Shown: one piece after another, positions 9,357 to 18,939 of the stretch
How the letters are laid out: each line of letters opens with the position of its first letter
Position numbering within the stretch: position 1 is the first letter of the stretch
Assembly (NCBI GenBank): GCA_044225505.1
Contig: JBGAIN010000067.1
Location: forward strand, 1-39,736
Source: Limisphaerales bacterium
GTDB lineage: Bacteria > Verrucomicrobiota > Verrucomicrobiia > Limisphaerales > SIBE01
Direction of reading: 5' to 3'
Length of the DNA stretch: 39,736 bases
Position numbers and translations under genes: made by a program
Notes under the pieces: model-generated
What the model saw: the letters and a program-made list of their open reading frames with translations, nothing else
Databases searched by the model: none
Told to the model about the DNA's origin: nothing

Positions 9357-10415
9357 CTATGGGCCGCCCGCACGTGCACTGCTTCCTGGAGTTCCGAGAT
9401 TAGCTCCCGGGACACGGAATGAAACGTAATAGAATCCTTTGACCGCCGGCTGATCGATGAAGAACTCCAGCGGACCGTCCGTGGTCGCAGTGTGGATATG
9501 CCGATCTACACTACCGCTTGGACTCAGAGAGAAAGGCAGCGCGCCCCATGACAGGGGTCCCAAAGTCGGATTCCCGTAAATCTCATAGCTGTAACCGGCG
9601 TAGGCCGCGAGAGAGATTTTGAATCTCTCCCCGCTTGAAGTTGGTGTTCCCGCGATGACGAGATTTCCGCCATTTGGGTAGCTGGGTTCCACGGGTGTCA
9701 GTCCGCTCACAAAATCCCACGTGGTGGCTTCTTCCCCAGTGGTTGTTCCAACCACGGGCTTAAAATCAAGCAACATCAAGGTTCGTTGGGCGGCGTCGGA
9801 CACCGCGCTGAAAACGTTGTCGTTCGAGTTTTGGGTTTGCCAGGCACTTCCATTGAGGTCGTAGGCTACTTCGTTCCAACCGGTCTGGGTTGTCTGCCGA
9901 GTTGTTTGACCAGGAACTGTGACGCCCCAGTGAAAGTGACGGGTTCGACCTTGGTAGAGTCCAGCCTTGATTGTGCGGAAGAGAAATTGACCGCTGGATC
10001 CGGTCAGGAATTGCCCGAAGCCTGCGAAATTGGCGTCACACGCTGGATTTCGGGCGGCATTGGCCGAGTAAACATAATCACCTTCGTGATCGGCGTGCCA
10101 AAGCTCTACGAGCGCGCCTCGAATCGGGTTGCCGGTGCTATCCAGCACTCGACCACTGACATAGGTGATCGTGCCGGCGGCGGAAGTGAGGTTGTCGTTG
10201 AGTTGCGCGAGATCACTATCTTTGTCCAGAGGGATGTTATTCGGCAACGGATAATATGGTCCTTGCGTGACCAGCGGGGAGACGGTCAACGCCTCGGCGA
10301 GGAAACCCGGGAGTGTAAACCCGGCCGAGGCGATGGCCATGCTTTTGAAAAAGCGTCGGCGATCGATTGGGATGTGAAAAGATCCGAAAGGTTTTGATGT
10401 GTCTGTTCTTTGCAT
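9357..10415 (-). CDS. Tat-exported intradiol ring-cleavage dioxygenase family protein with a C-terminal extension
   Basis: DRRRFFK Tat motif. TQGPYYP, VELWHADHEGDY and FRTIKAGLYQGRTRHFH supply the 2 Tyr + 2 His Fe(III) ligand pattern. Confidence 0.85.
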   Translation of the reverse strand: MQRTDTSKPFGSFHIPIDRRRFFKSMAIASAGFTLPGFLAEALTVSPLVTQGPYYPLPNNIPLDKDSDLAQLNDNLTSAAGTITYVSGRVLDSTGNPIRGALVELWHADHEGDYVYSANAARNPACDANFAGFGQFLTGSSGQFLFRTIKAGLYQGRTRHFHWGVTVPGQTTRQTTQTGWNEVAYDLNGSAWQTQNSNDNVFSAVSDAAQRTLMLLDFKPVVGTTTGEEATTWDFVSGLTPVEPSYPNGGNLVIAGTPTSSGERFKISLAAYAGYSYEIYGNPTLGPLSWGALPFSLSPSGSVDRHIHTATTDGPLEFFIDQPAVKGFYYVSFRVPGANLGTPGSSARAGGP

Positions 10416-10562
10416 ACGATCTGCTCGATTGCCAAGACCATACCGCTGGACCGGTTAAGCCTGGATGAAGCTTAGAAACTTTTGCCAGCACGCGAGAGCT
10501 GCGTGACTTTTGAGCGAATGGCATGCATTCTGTCGCAAAATATCTTCGTACAACCCTTCGTT

Positions 10563-11297
10563 ATGAATGCCTCGTGGAAACACCTGAAAGTCGGTATCGC
10601 CGGTTTACTGTTATTCAGCTCGGCGGCGTTAGCACAGTCGCCGGCAACGCTGCCGAAAGCCTCGATTGACGGATCTGGACCTGGGTGGAAGGCCCTGACC
10701 GAGGACCAATTCGCTCATGTCAACTGCGATCCTGGCACTTGGACTTGGACCAACGGTCTTGTTCAATGCACAGGGCAGCCAGTCGGTGTAATCCGGACAA
10801 AAAAGATCCTCACTAACTTCGAATTGGTCGTCCAATGGCGGCATCTGCGATCCGGAGGCAACTCCGGCGTATTCGTTTGGGCGACGCCCGAGTCCATCGA
10901 ACAGCTTGAGAAAGGAAAAGGGCGTTTGCCGACCGGTATCGAAGTTCAGGTGCTCGATCACGGATACACCGAGCAGTATGAGAAGGAGACCGGCAAAAAA
11001 GCGGATTGGTTTACCACCAACGGGGATGTTTTTCCCACGGGCTCTACAAAGATGCAGCCTTTTCCACCGGTGGCTCCCGATGGGCAACGCAGTTTCCCTT
11101 CAAAGAACCTGAGCCGCGGAGTAGGGCAGTGGAATCATTATTACGTTCGCTCCATCAATGGCGAAGTGCGTCTTTGGGTGAATGGCGAGGAAGTGTCCGG
11201 AGGCACCAAGATTCAGCCTGCTTCCGGATATCTGTGCCTAGAATCCGAAGGCTCTCCCATTGAGTTCAAGGAACTCCGCGTCCGGGAGTTGCCATGA
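10563..11297 (+). CDS. DUF1080 (3-keto-disaccharide hydrolase-like) secreted protein
   Basis: Signal peptide ending ALA-Q. Motifs NFEL, GNSGVF, GIEVQVLD, GQWNHY, GYLCLESEG, IEFKELRVREL. Confidence 0.9.
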   Translation: MNASWKHLKVGIAGLLLFSSAALAQSPATLPKASIDGSGPGWKALTEDQFAHVNCDPGTWTWTNGLVQCTGQPVGVIRTKKILTNFELVVQWRHLRSGGNSGVFVWATPESIEQLEKGKGRLPTGIEVQVLDHGYTEQYEKETGKKADWFTTNGDVFPTGSTKMQPFPPVAPDGQRSFPSKNLSRGVGQWNHYYVRSINGEVRLWVNGEEVSGGTKIQPASGYLCLESEGSPIEFKELRVRELP

Positions 11298-11341
11298 GAT
11301 CAATGCGACTTTCCGTCTGCGACACGAGCCGCTGCGACGTT

Positions 11342-14014
11342 CTATTCGTTGACGAGGCGGAAAAATCGCTGGGGCGAACCGGCGGCGTCACTATTGTTAA
11401 TCCGGATCAGACCGGCGGTGTTTGTTGCGGTCATGACCATCCAGGTACGTAGGTTCGTCGAAATTCCCACACGATAGACATCGTTGCCAAGCGTTGGGAC
11501 GGCGAACTCGAAGGCTCCTTCCACCGTATAACGAGGCGAGCGGAGTCGTATGCCCGGCCGAAGCACGTCGGCGCCCTGAATGGCCTCCGTGCTACCGTCG
11601 AACGAGACCGCTCCATAGAACGGAATTTCCGAGAGCGACGGTGCTGCCACCGAGATTTGATAGCTCAGGAGGCGAGGTGTGGCATCAAAGAATGGTCCCC
11701 AACGGATCGTGCGCTGGTCGGCGCTATACGTCCCGCTCTCTGAGATGTTAGTAATGGTCAGACCGATTGCCACTCGTTCCTCGACAGCGTAAGCAGCCGC
11801 GGACGGGTCCGGTGAAACAGTTATGGTCACTGGCGACCATTCATTGGCGATCGGTGGGGTAGGGAGAATACGTTGTGCTTGGCCTTTAGGCTGAACGGCA
11901 GTTGGTGGCGGCGGCGCTGGAGCGATACTGGCCGGACCATGAACGTTCTTCTCCTTACCTTCAACGATCACCCCGCCTTGGAAGAATCGAATGTCGCCTT
12001 CATTGAGAGGGGGCTTGATGGAATAACGCAGAGTCGTCGGACCTGCGCCAGTGAACGGACCAAACTTGATGGCATGGCGCGCTGAGTCGTAGATCCCATC
12101 GGGGTTCAGATCAAGGACACTCCAGCCATCCGGAACGATTTCCTCGAGGGTATAAGTCTGAGCAGAATTCAACGCTGGCTTTGAAGACATCACCAACTCG
12201 ACCGCCAGGGGGCTGCCAGGGGAGTAGATCGGTGGCAGAATTCTCCGGAAAGCGAAGCCGCTGGGCATCGGTTCAGTCGGATAGCGGAACAGCGCTACCA
12301 CCTCTTCTGAACTGAGCGCTCGAGAATAGACCTGGAGTTCGTCGATGGAACCAGTGAACAGTCCGAGCGGAGCACCGTCGAACAATGCGCCTCCAATGAG
12401 CCAGGGGGCAGGGCTACGCGCGATTGGCAAACTAGCCACGCTCGACTCGAGCTTACCATCGACATACATGCGGTTTTCTCCGTCGTGCACATGAATCGCC
12501 GCGAACTGATGCCATTGGCCGTCGTTCACAGAGGTCAGCGACGTCGGCCCAGAAAAGACATCGCCTGCAAAAAGAAAAATCTTGTCGGGTGAACCGAGGA
12601 CTGGGTTTGATCGGTTGACGACGACGAAATAGCCGTTCCCATAACCTGACTCGTGTTTGGCCAGGACTAGAGAGTTTTCGGTCTGGTCTCCAGGATTCAT
12701 GCGAATCCATCCGACAATCGAGAACGTTGCATTTTCGAATCCGAAGTTCGTGCTCATCGTGACGTAGCTGTTCAACGCGCGATCCAAGCGCAGTGCGCTT
12801 CCGGATAGGCCGTTAGAAACGAAGGTCGCACCTGGCGAGAGTTGACCGTGGGTTTGGCCCACAACATCGTGAGCGGTTGACCCACTTGCCTCGTCGAAGG
12901 GCCAGTAAGCAATCGGTGCATCGGTCGGGTCCACGGCGAGAAGTGCTGAGGCGCTCGTAACGGTTCCGAACGCATTGCGGATTGTAACCACGTAAGTGCC
13001 CGAGTCCACTTGGCGGAGGTGGGAAAGATCAAGAACACGATTCGTGCCCGAGAGGATCGGCACTTGATTGTGCCACCATTGATAAACAAGCGGTCCAGCA
13101 CCGTCGGCTTCGACAGTGAACTGCGCGTGGCCTCCGACACCCGCCAAAATGCTCTGGGGCGGGACAGAAATCCGGGGCGGCCCCAACGATTCAGGGGCTT
13201 CTGGCAAACACTTGCCGTTGGACTTTGCATTGTAGATAGCGCGCAATTCGTCGGCGGTCAGCGCGCGAGCGTAAAGTCCAACTTCGTCGATCACCCCGGT
13301 GAAGTAGCCATCGAATCCAGGGCTAGCATGGTATCCGAACCGAAGCGGTTCGGAATTTGTCAGGTCTCCTGGAACCACGGTGGCGTCAAAGTTCATGACG
13401 ACTTGCCCATCCACGTAGAGCCTCGAACCAGTGACGGACGAGCGGTCCACTACCGCGGCCACATGATGAAATTGACCATCACGGAGATCTGGACCGAGAG
13501 AGTAGAAGTCGTGAAAGCGATAGTTTGCGAGAGGAGCATCCGATAACTGCAAGCCCAACCGGCCCTCCACCAGAAAAAGAGTGTATCCTATTGCGGCGTT
13601 GAACGGTACGCCGTCGAGGGTGGCTGGTGCGAGACGTTTATCCAAAATGCTCATGGCGTATTTCGACACCGTTCGCTCAACGCGAATCCAAGCCTCAACC
13701 GTAAAACTCGCCGCCGGACCGAAGTTGAGCGAAGGCGAATCGGCAACCGTGACCGCGCTATTGGTTCCGTTGAAGAGGATTCCTTGACCGACTTGGCCGG
13801 GAGAGAAACGAACCCAGGCATTGGTTACGCCATGGTCGGAGCCAAAGACATTCCTTACGTCGTTCTCACCTCGCCACCAGCCGACCGCTCCGCTCGGGCT
13901 GGGGCTGCACCATACACTCGAGCCTTGTCCAAGGGCAGAGCGTTCTGCCAGGAGGAGTAACAGGAACACGCAGGTTTGAAGCGTCCTTGAACCGCGGAGG
14001 ACATCATCGATCAT
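11342..14014 (-). CDS. Secreted surface protein: LamG, Ig-like, LamG, two repeated beta-sandwich domains, C-terminal module
   Basis: Signal peptide. Two LamG domains (FTVEAWI...DGQFHHVA...LYVDG...FTGVIDEVGLYARAL). Ig-like segment PLVYQW...DSGTYVVTIRNAFG. Two repeats of EE..P.G...G.Y......I.(F/W)GPF. Confidence 0.85.
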   Translation of the reverse strand: MIDDVLRGSRTLQTCVFLLLLLAERSALGQGSSVWCSPSPSGAVGWWRGENDVRNVFGSDHGVTNAWVRFSPGQVGQGILFNGTNSAVTVADSPSLNFGPAASFTVEAWIRVERTVSKYAMSILDKRLAPATLDGVPFNAAIGYTLFLVEGRLGLQLSDAPLANYRFHDFYSLGPDLRDGQFHHVAAVVDRSSVTGSRLYVDGQVVMNFDATVVPGDLTNSEPLRFGYHASPGFDGYFTGVIDEVGLYARALTADELRAIYNAKSNGKCLPEAPESLGPPRISVPPQSILAGVGGHAQFTVEADGAGPLVYQWWHNQVPILSGTNRVLDLSHLRQVDSGTYVVTIRNAFGTVTSASALLAVDPTDAPIAYWPFDEASGSTAHDVVGQTHGQLSPGATFVSNGLSGSALRLDRALNSYVTMSTNFGFENATFSIVGWIRMNPGDQTENSLVLAKHESGYGNGYFVVVNRSNPVLGSPDKIFLFAGDVFSGPTSLTSVNDGQWHQFAAIHVHDGENRMYVDGKLESSVASLPIARSPAPWLIGGALFDGAPLGLFTGSIDELQVYSRALSSEEVVALFRYPTEPMPSGFAFRRILPPIYSPGSPLAVELVMSSKPALNSAQTYTLEEIVPDGWSVLDLNPDGIYDSARHAIKFGPFTGAGPTTLRYSIKPPLNEGDIRFFQGGVIVEGKEKNVHGPASIAPAPPPPTAVQPKGQAQRILPTPPIANEWSPVTITVSPDPSAAAYAVEERVAIGLTITNISESGTYSADQRTIRWGPFFDATPRLLSYQISVAAPSLSEIPFYGAVSFDGSTEAIQGADVLRPGIRLRSPRYTVEGAFEFAVPTLGNDVYRVGISTNLRTWMVMTATNTAGLIRINNSDAAGSPQRFFRLVNE

Positions 14015-14137
14015 CCCCGCAGTTTGCCTCTGAAATTTACAGGTGACGAGGGATTAATTGGAGGAAATGCGAGTCTATTCAAATTCCGCAATGCGCGACG
14101 TGGTCCTTCCGTTTTCGTTGTTGAGTGATCCTGCTTT

Positions 14138-16115
14138 TTAATCCGGCTTCAACTCGGCAACAAAACCGCCTCCTGCGGCAAGACGGACCTTAAGCGAATC
14201 TGCTTTCTGAACGGATGAGGTCGCAACCGAAAGGGTCCTTCCAGACGATCGCGGTGCGGCGGCCTGAATTCAAGAAGTTGAGTGGGAGTGTTATCTCTTG
14301 CGCGCGAGCCCCAGTGATTCCGCCCAAGAACCAGGTCGTTCCTCGACGACGCGCCACGACGAGTATCTCTCCGACGTTGTCTATTAAAACGCGTGTTTCG
14401 TCCCACCATGTGGGAACACGTTGGATAAATTCAAAGCCGGGCTGCCCTTCGTAAGCCGCCGGATAGTCAGCAACCATAGGCGCAGGATTATCAAAGCAGA
14501 CGTAGAGAGCGAGCATATGGCACCGAGTGCCAAGCACATTAGGTGCGATGTTTCGCGGCTTGAACTCATTTGGTCGAACCGCCCGGAATCCACCTAAATG
14601 GTAATCCATGGGACCGGCGATGAGGCGAGTGTAGGCCATCTCAAGGTCGTGTTGTGGAGTGCATCGATCACTCCATTTCAAGTACTCCAGGTTGAGAGCT
14701 CCCTCATGGTTCATCAGGTTCGGATAGGTTCGCTGCCAGCCCGATGGCTTCCAGACGCCGTGAAGATGAATGAGGATATGATGCCGCGCGGCAGCTTCGA
14801 GAACCGATTCGGCGAACTCAACGGAGTCTTGGTCGTCATGATCGAAAAAGTCGACCATCATACCGCTCCAACCCAAGCGCTCAAAAGCGGCAAAAGCCTC
14901 TTCAACGCGGCCTCGCAGAGCTCCCTGATGAACCCAGGTCCATAGCCGCACGCCTTTGGACCGCGCGTATTCCCGAATGGCCTCCAGATCAAATCCGTCC
15001 CGGGGTTTTGTCACATCCGTGTCGGGACCAGGTTCGACGCCCGGCTTAGACTGGCGATACCACGGTGTGACGGTGTTTTCTGTGGACGTGAGCGAATGCG
15101 TGTGGAGTCCGTGCCGCGCACAAAAATCGATGTAACGCTTGGCCATGGCCAAAGAAAGGATCGGATCGCCCGGATGACCATCATAAACGTCGCCGTTCCA
15201 CCAGGAGAATGTGATTTTTTCGGGTTTGATCCACGAGGTATCCGGGATGAGCGACGGCTCGTTCAAGAGATATAGGGTTTGCGACTCCAACAGTGCGCCC
15301 GCACGGTCTCCAACTAGAACGACGCGCCAAGGGGTTTCCATAGGCAAGACGCGTTTCACTTTGCTGCCGTCGGGTCGCGGTGTGAGGCGGGAGACCAATT
15401 CAACGCCAGCAGCTCCCGCGCCCGTTCGTGAGAGAGCCATCCCGGCGTAGCGGCGAAGGGACGCTTCAGTAATTGCAACGTAGGTATGATCCGGCCACGC
15501 CAACGTCAGTGGCACGTCCAGCAAGGCGTCGCGACGAATTTGTGTCACGGGCAAAACGTCGACATTGTGCTCATGAGAGGTGTTGTAGTTCTCTAAATAC
15601 TGCACGCGAGCGGTGGGAGACCCTTCAATTCCAAACGACGTCGTTTCATCTGTGATGGTTACTTCGCTAGAGGCGCTCGTCGACGGCAGTTCATAGCGAA
15701 ACGCAACGGCGTCATTGTAGCAGCGGAAAACCACTCGGACTTGGCTCGCGGTAGAGTTCGTCAGCGTCAGACTCAGTTCATGGAAATGGTCCTGAGCCTC
15801 CGACGACTTGCCAAAAAGCACGGGCACTCGCTCGTTGACGGTCCGAGATTCGGTATGCGATACCTGCGCGCCGGTCAGTAATTCTCCTTTGGACGCCGTG
15901 ACGAGCCCTAAGCCACATTCTTTCAGCATGGGTTGTCCTCGAAAACGCATGGCCCAACGCGGAGGTTCGGCGACGGTCGCCGTGAGAGTTCGGATAGAGA
16001 TTTCGATTCGACCATCGGGCGAACTCAAGCTCAGAGCTGAAGCTGCGTCGGCGGAATACGGTCCGAACGAGAGCAGCCCGAGACTGAACCAGAGGCTAAG
16101 GAAGAGCTTCTTCAT
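14138..16115 (-). pseudogene. GH97 glycoside hydrolase (retaining type), frameshifted near 14234
   Basis: GH97 motifs SPDG, FRCYNDAVAFRY, TPWRVV, SWIKP, MVDFFD, RTYPN..NHEG, RLIAGPMDY, GTRCHMLA, VPTWWDETR. The family-like C-terminus (LKVRLAAGGGFVAELKPD*, TAA at 14138-14140) is in a different frame from the main ORF, which stops at 14190. Confidence 0.85.
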
Positions 16116-16248
16116 CAAATTCCGTGGGTAAGCCAATTGTTGCAGGTGTGCGTTCCGAGTCGGGCCTAGAAATCAGGTAGCGCCCGGCCCAAAGAAACGG
16201 TTTTTGCCGCTGGAGAGAAATCTTACTCCGGAGCGCGAGGCCCATTGG

Positions 16249-17778
16249 TTAACGGTAAACGACAATCCGTTCCAGGCTGATGTTCTGTCCTTGGGATCGG
16301 GGATCTGCAGACGGCAGCGTGACGATGCGAAGTTCATGGTCACCTGGCTGAAGTCCGTAAGTATGCCAAAACGCGTTGTCGTGTGTTCGTTGAACAATAT
16401 AGGCGTCTGCGGTGCCCACTGCTTTTCCATCCAGGAAGACTTCGGCGCGGCCCCCCTCTTGGCTCAGTTCACCGACGAGCGCCACGGCGACTCCCGTGAA
16501 GCGAACGGAGGCTTCGTTCTTTGCCGATTTGGACAGCTTGCCATTTCTTTGAGTCGTCCATTCGCCCTTCCATGTCCACGCAGTCTCCGACACGGGAATA
16601 GCGCGATAGGGAGTGCCTGGATTCCATTGCTCAAGCTCGGGCGCCTGCGGTTTCTGAGTAGGAATTGTGACCTCCGAGTCTGTGACGGAGCCGCCGTTCT
16701 TTTTGATGAGAGTCACAGCGCGATTCATTGTCGATTGGCAGATGGAATCGAACGAATAGTCGGTGAACTCGAACTTGTTCCGCGCCAGTGGTGCAATGCC
16801 AGATTTGAATTGGTCGGGAATCTTGGCGTAGCCCAGCATGACGCCGAGGATTCCAGCGGCACTGGATGGGTTACAGTCCGAGTCCTGACCGCAGCGCGTG
16901 GAGATGTCCAGTGTCTTGGCAAAATCTCCTTTTCCGAAGAGGAGACCGAAGGCGATGTAAGCGCCGTTGAGTTTGGCGTCGATATTGAATGCGACCATGG
17001 CTCCGTCTGGGCAGGGATCGTTCTTATCCCATTTGTCTTCCATCATCTGCCACACCTTGCGCCAGTCATTGGGGGTATTGAGCGGACCAGTCAGAAGATC
17101 GCGAAGGACGAGAGCGTATTCACTTTTCGCGGGGATACACGCCAGTCCAGCTTCGACCACACGGCGCGGATCCGACTCGAAGAAAGCGGCTGCGTAACAT
17201 CCGCACACAAACATGCCGCCATACAAGCCGTCGCCATAGTTCATGACGCGCCCGACGCGGTCGCAAAGCTGGTTAGAGGCTTGCGGAAGCCCTGGGCACA
17301 TGAGCCCGATGAAATCCGCTTCAATCTGAAAATCGATGTCATTGGCGTGAATGTTGTATTTAGGATGCCCGGAAAGCGGAGCTTTGATTCCTTGGTTTAG
17401 CAAGCGGCGGGCGCCGGCGTTGGCATGCCAAAGGTGGTACTTGGAGTCTCGGAACATCTCTCCGTACTGTTCGCTGGTTGCATCGAGGCCGACGGTATCC
17501 ATCACTTTGGAGAAGGTCATCTCCACGTAGAGGTCATCCTGATGAATCGAGTTTTCGACCATGTTCGGCTCCCATTTTATCTCGCCCTCATTGATGACGG
17601 CGTTGAATCGAAACTCCGTGGGTGCGCCGTAGGAGACGCCGATCATCTGTCCTGCCCATCCGCCCCGAATTCGATCTTCGAGCGTCGCTCGGGAAATGCG
17701 GTGGACATTAGCGGGGTCTTGGGCTTGAGCGGTGCAAAGCGAGGCAAGCATCCCCGAAAGGAGCAGAGTCTTGTGCAT
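16249..17778 (-). CDS. Secreted ADP-ribosylglycohydrolase-family protein with a C-terminal beta-sandwich domain
   Basis: Signal peptide. DRIRGGWAGQMIGVSYGAPTEF, QDDLYVE and CGQDSDCN (Mg-binding DxD) motifs. Confidence 0.8.
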   Translation of the reverse strand: MHKTLLLSGMLASLCTAQAQDPANVHRISRATLEDRIRGGWAGQMIGVSYGAPTEFRFNAVINEGEIKWEPNMVENSIHQDDLYVEMTFSKVMDTVGLDATSEQYGEMFRDSKYHLWHANAGARRLLNQGIKAPLSGHPKYNIHANDIDFQIEADFIGLMCPGLPQASNQLCDRVGRVMNYGDGLYGGMFVCGCYAAAFFESDPRRVVEAGLACIPAKSEYALVLRDLLTGPLNTPNDWRKVWQMMEDKWDKNDPCPDGAMVAFNIDAKLNGAYIAFGLLFGKGDFAKTLDISTRCGQDSDCNPSSAAGILGVMLGYAKIPDQFKSGIAPLARNKFEFTDYSFDSICQSTMNRAVTLIKKNGGSVTDSEVTIPTQKPQAPELEQWNPGTPYRAIPVSETAWTWKGEWTTQRNGKLSKSAKNEASVRFTGVAVALVGELSQEGGRAEVFLDGKAVGTADAYIVQRTHDNAFWHTYGLQPGDHELRIVTLPSADPRSQGQNISLERIVVYR

Positions 17779-17834
17779 ACCCGTAGGTAAGCCGTACTAT
17801 CAGACCGAGTTCAAGCTGGAAGTCGCAGCTGGGC

Positions 17835-18932
17835 TCACATACCGGCGAACCACCACTGGACCAGGCGGTGACCGCCGAACATCCAGAGTGTGGCCGCCAG
17901 GGCGATATAAGGTCCATACGGCAAGCGGCTGGACCAAGCTCGCTTTTGCAGGACGATCAACGTGACACCGACCACGGATCCAATCACCGCACTCAGCATC
18001 AGGGAAAAGAGGACCGCTTGCCATCCGAGGAAAGCGCCAATGGCACCCATGAACTTAACATCCCCCAAACCCATCGCTTCCCGAGGCAGGACCAGGTGAT
18101 CGGCAACGACTTCGAATTGAGGAATGGTTTCCGGATCAAACGTGTCCTCGCTCACCCGCAGGGATTTGGGAGTCAGCCGGACGGCCGCATCCGCGTAACA
18201 ACGGTCGATCAGTTCGACCCGGTGCGCCTTCAGCTCCACAGCGTCGGATTGACGATAGAATAAGTCGCCGTAAGGGATCTCTTGGTCGGGCAACACCAGG
18301 GCGTGCTCCGTGAAAATAATCCGAGTGCCCGGTGTCAGAGGAACATCTTGTCGACCGAATAAGAGTTTTCCGAGTCGCAGAATGGCATAGATAATTCCGG
18401 CTCCGGCGGCAATTCCCCATAAGCTTTCCCGTAGACCGCCGGTCCGCGTCGTCACCTCGTGCAAGCGCGGAAAAATGCCGGAGAGCGCGAAGCCGACCAC
18501 GGCGCCACCGAGCGTGATTTCGTCAGGGATAATGAAGTGCTCGAAGTCGATAAAAGTCGCAACGATGAAACCGGCGAGGACTAGGCAATAGATGATCGCC
18601 AGGGTCGGCGATTGCATTCCATACGTCCACCAGCATGCGAGGAACGCGATTCCGGTCAGCAACTCTACCAGGAAATAGCGTACTGAGATGGGAGCCTGAC
18701 AGTGCGCGCAGCGCCCGCGCAGGAAAACCCAAGTCACCAAAGGAATATTGAGGTACCAGGGGATGCTATATTGGCAATGGGGGCAGTGCGACGGGGGAAA
18801 TATGATGCTCTCACCGCGGGGCATTCTATGAATGCAGACATTCAGCAAGCTCCCCACGATCGTCCCGAAAGTGAAGAAAACGAGCGCCCAGAACCCAAAC
18901 GGCACTGCCGCCCATATTTGAGGATCAAACAT
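17835..18932 (-). CDS. pilD: Prepilin peptidase (A24 family, with N-methyltransferase domain)
   Basis: GSLLNVCIHRMP, SHCPHC, NIPLVTW..LRGRCAHC, FIDFEHFIIPD, MGLGDVK, LPYGPYIA. Confidence 0.95.
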   Translation of the reverse strand: MFDPQIWAAVPFGFWALVFFTFGTIVGSLLNVCIHRMPRGESIIFPPSHCPHCQYSIPWYLNIPLVTWVFLRGRCAHCQAPISVRYFLVELLTGIAFLACWWTYGMQSPTLAIIYCLVLAGFIVATFIDFEHFIIPDEITLGGAVVGFALSGIFPRLHEVTTRTGGLRESLWGIAAGAGIIYAILRLGKLLFGRQDVPLTPGTRIIFTEHALVLPDQEIPYGDLFYRQSDAVELKAHRVELIDRCYADAAVRLTPKSLRVSEDTFDPETIPQFEVVADHLVLPREAMGLGDVKFMGAIGAFLGWQAVLFSLMLSAVIGSVVGVTLIVLQKRAWSSRLPYGPYIALAATLWMFGGHRLVQWWFAGM

Positions 18933-18939
18933 CGTATCT

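Noticed and set aside
16204..17400. 398-aa plus-strand ORF
   Set aside because: Antisense shadow of the ARH-family gene; no motifs; expected in GC-rich DNA.
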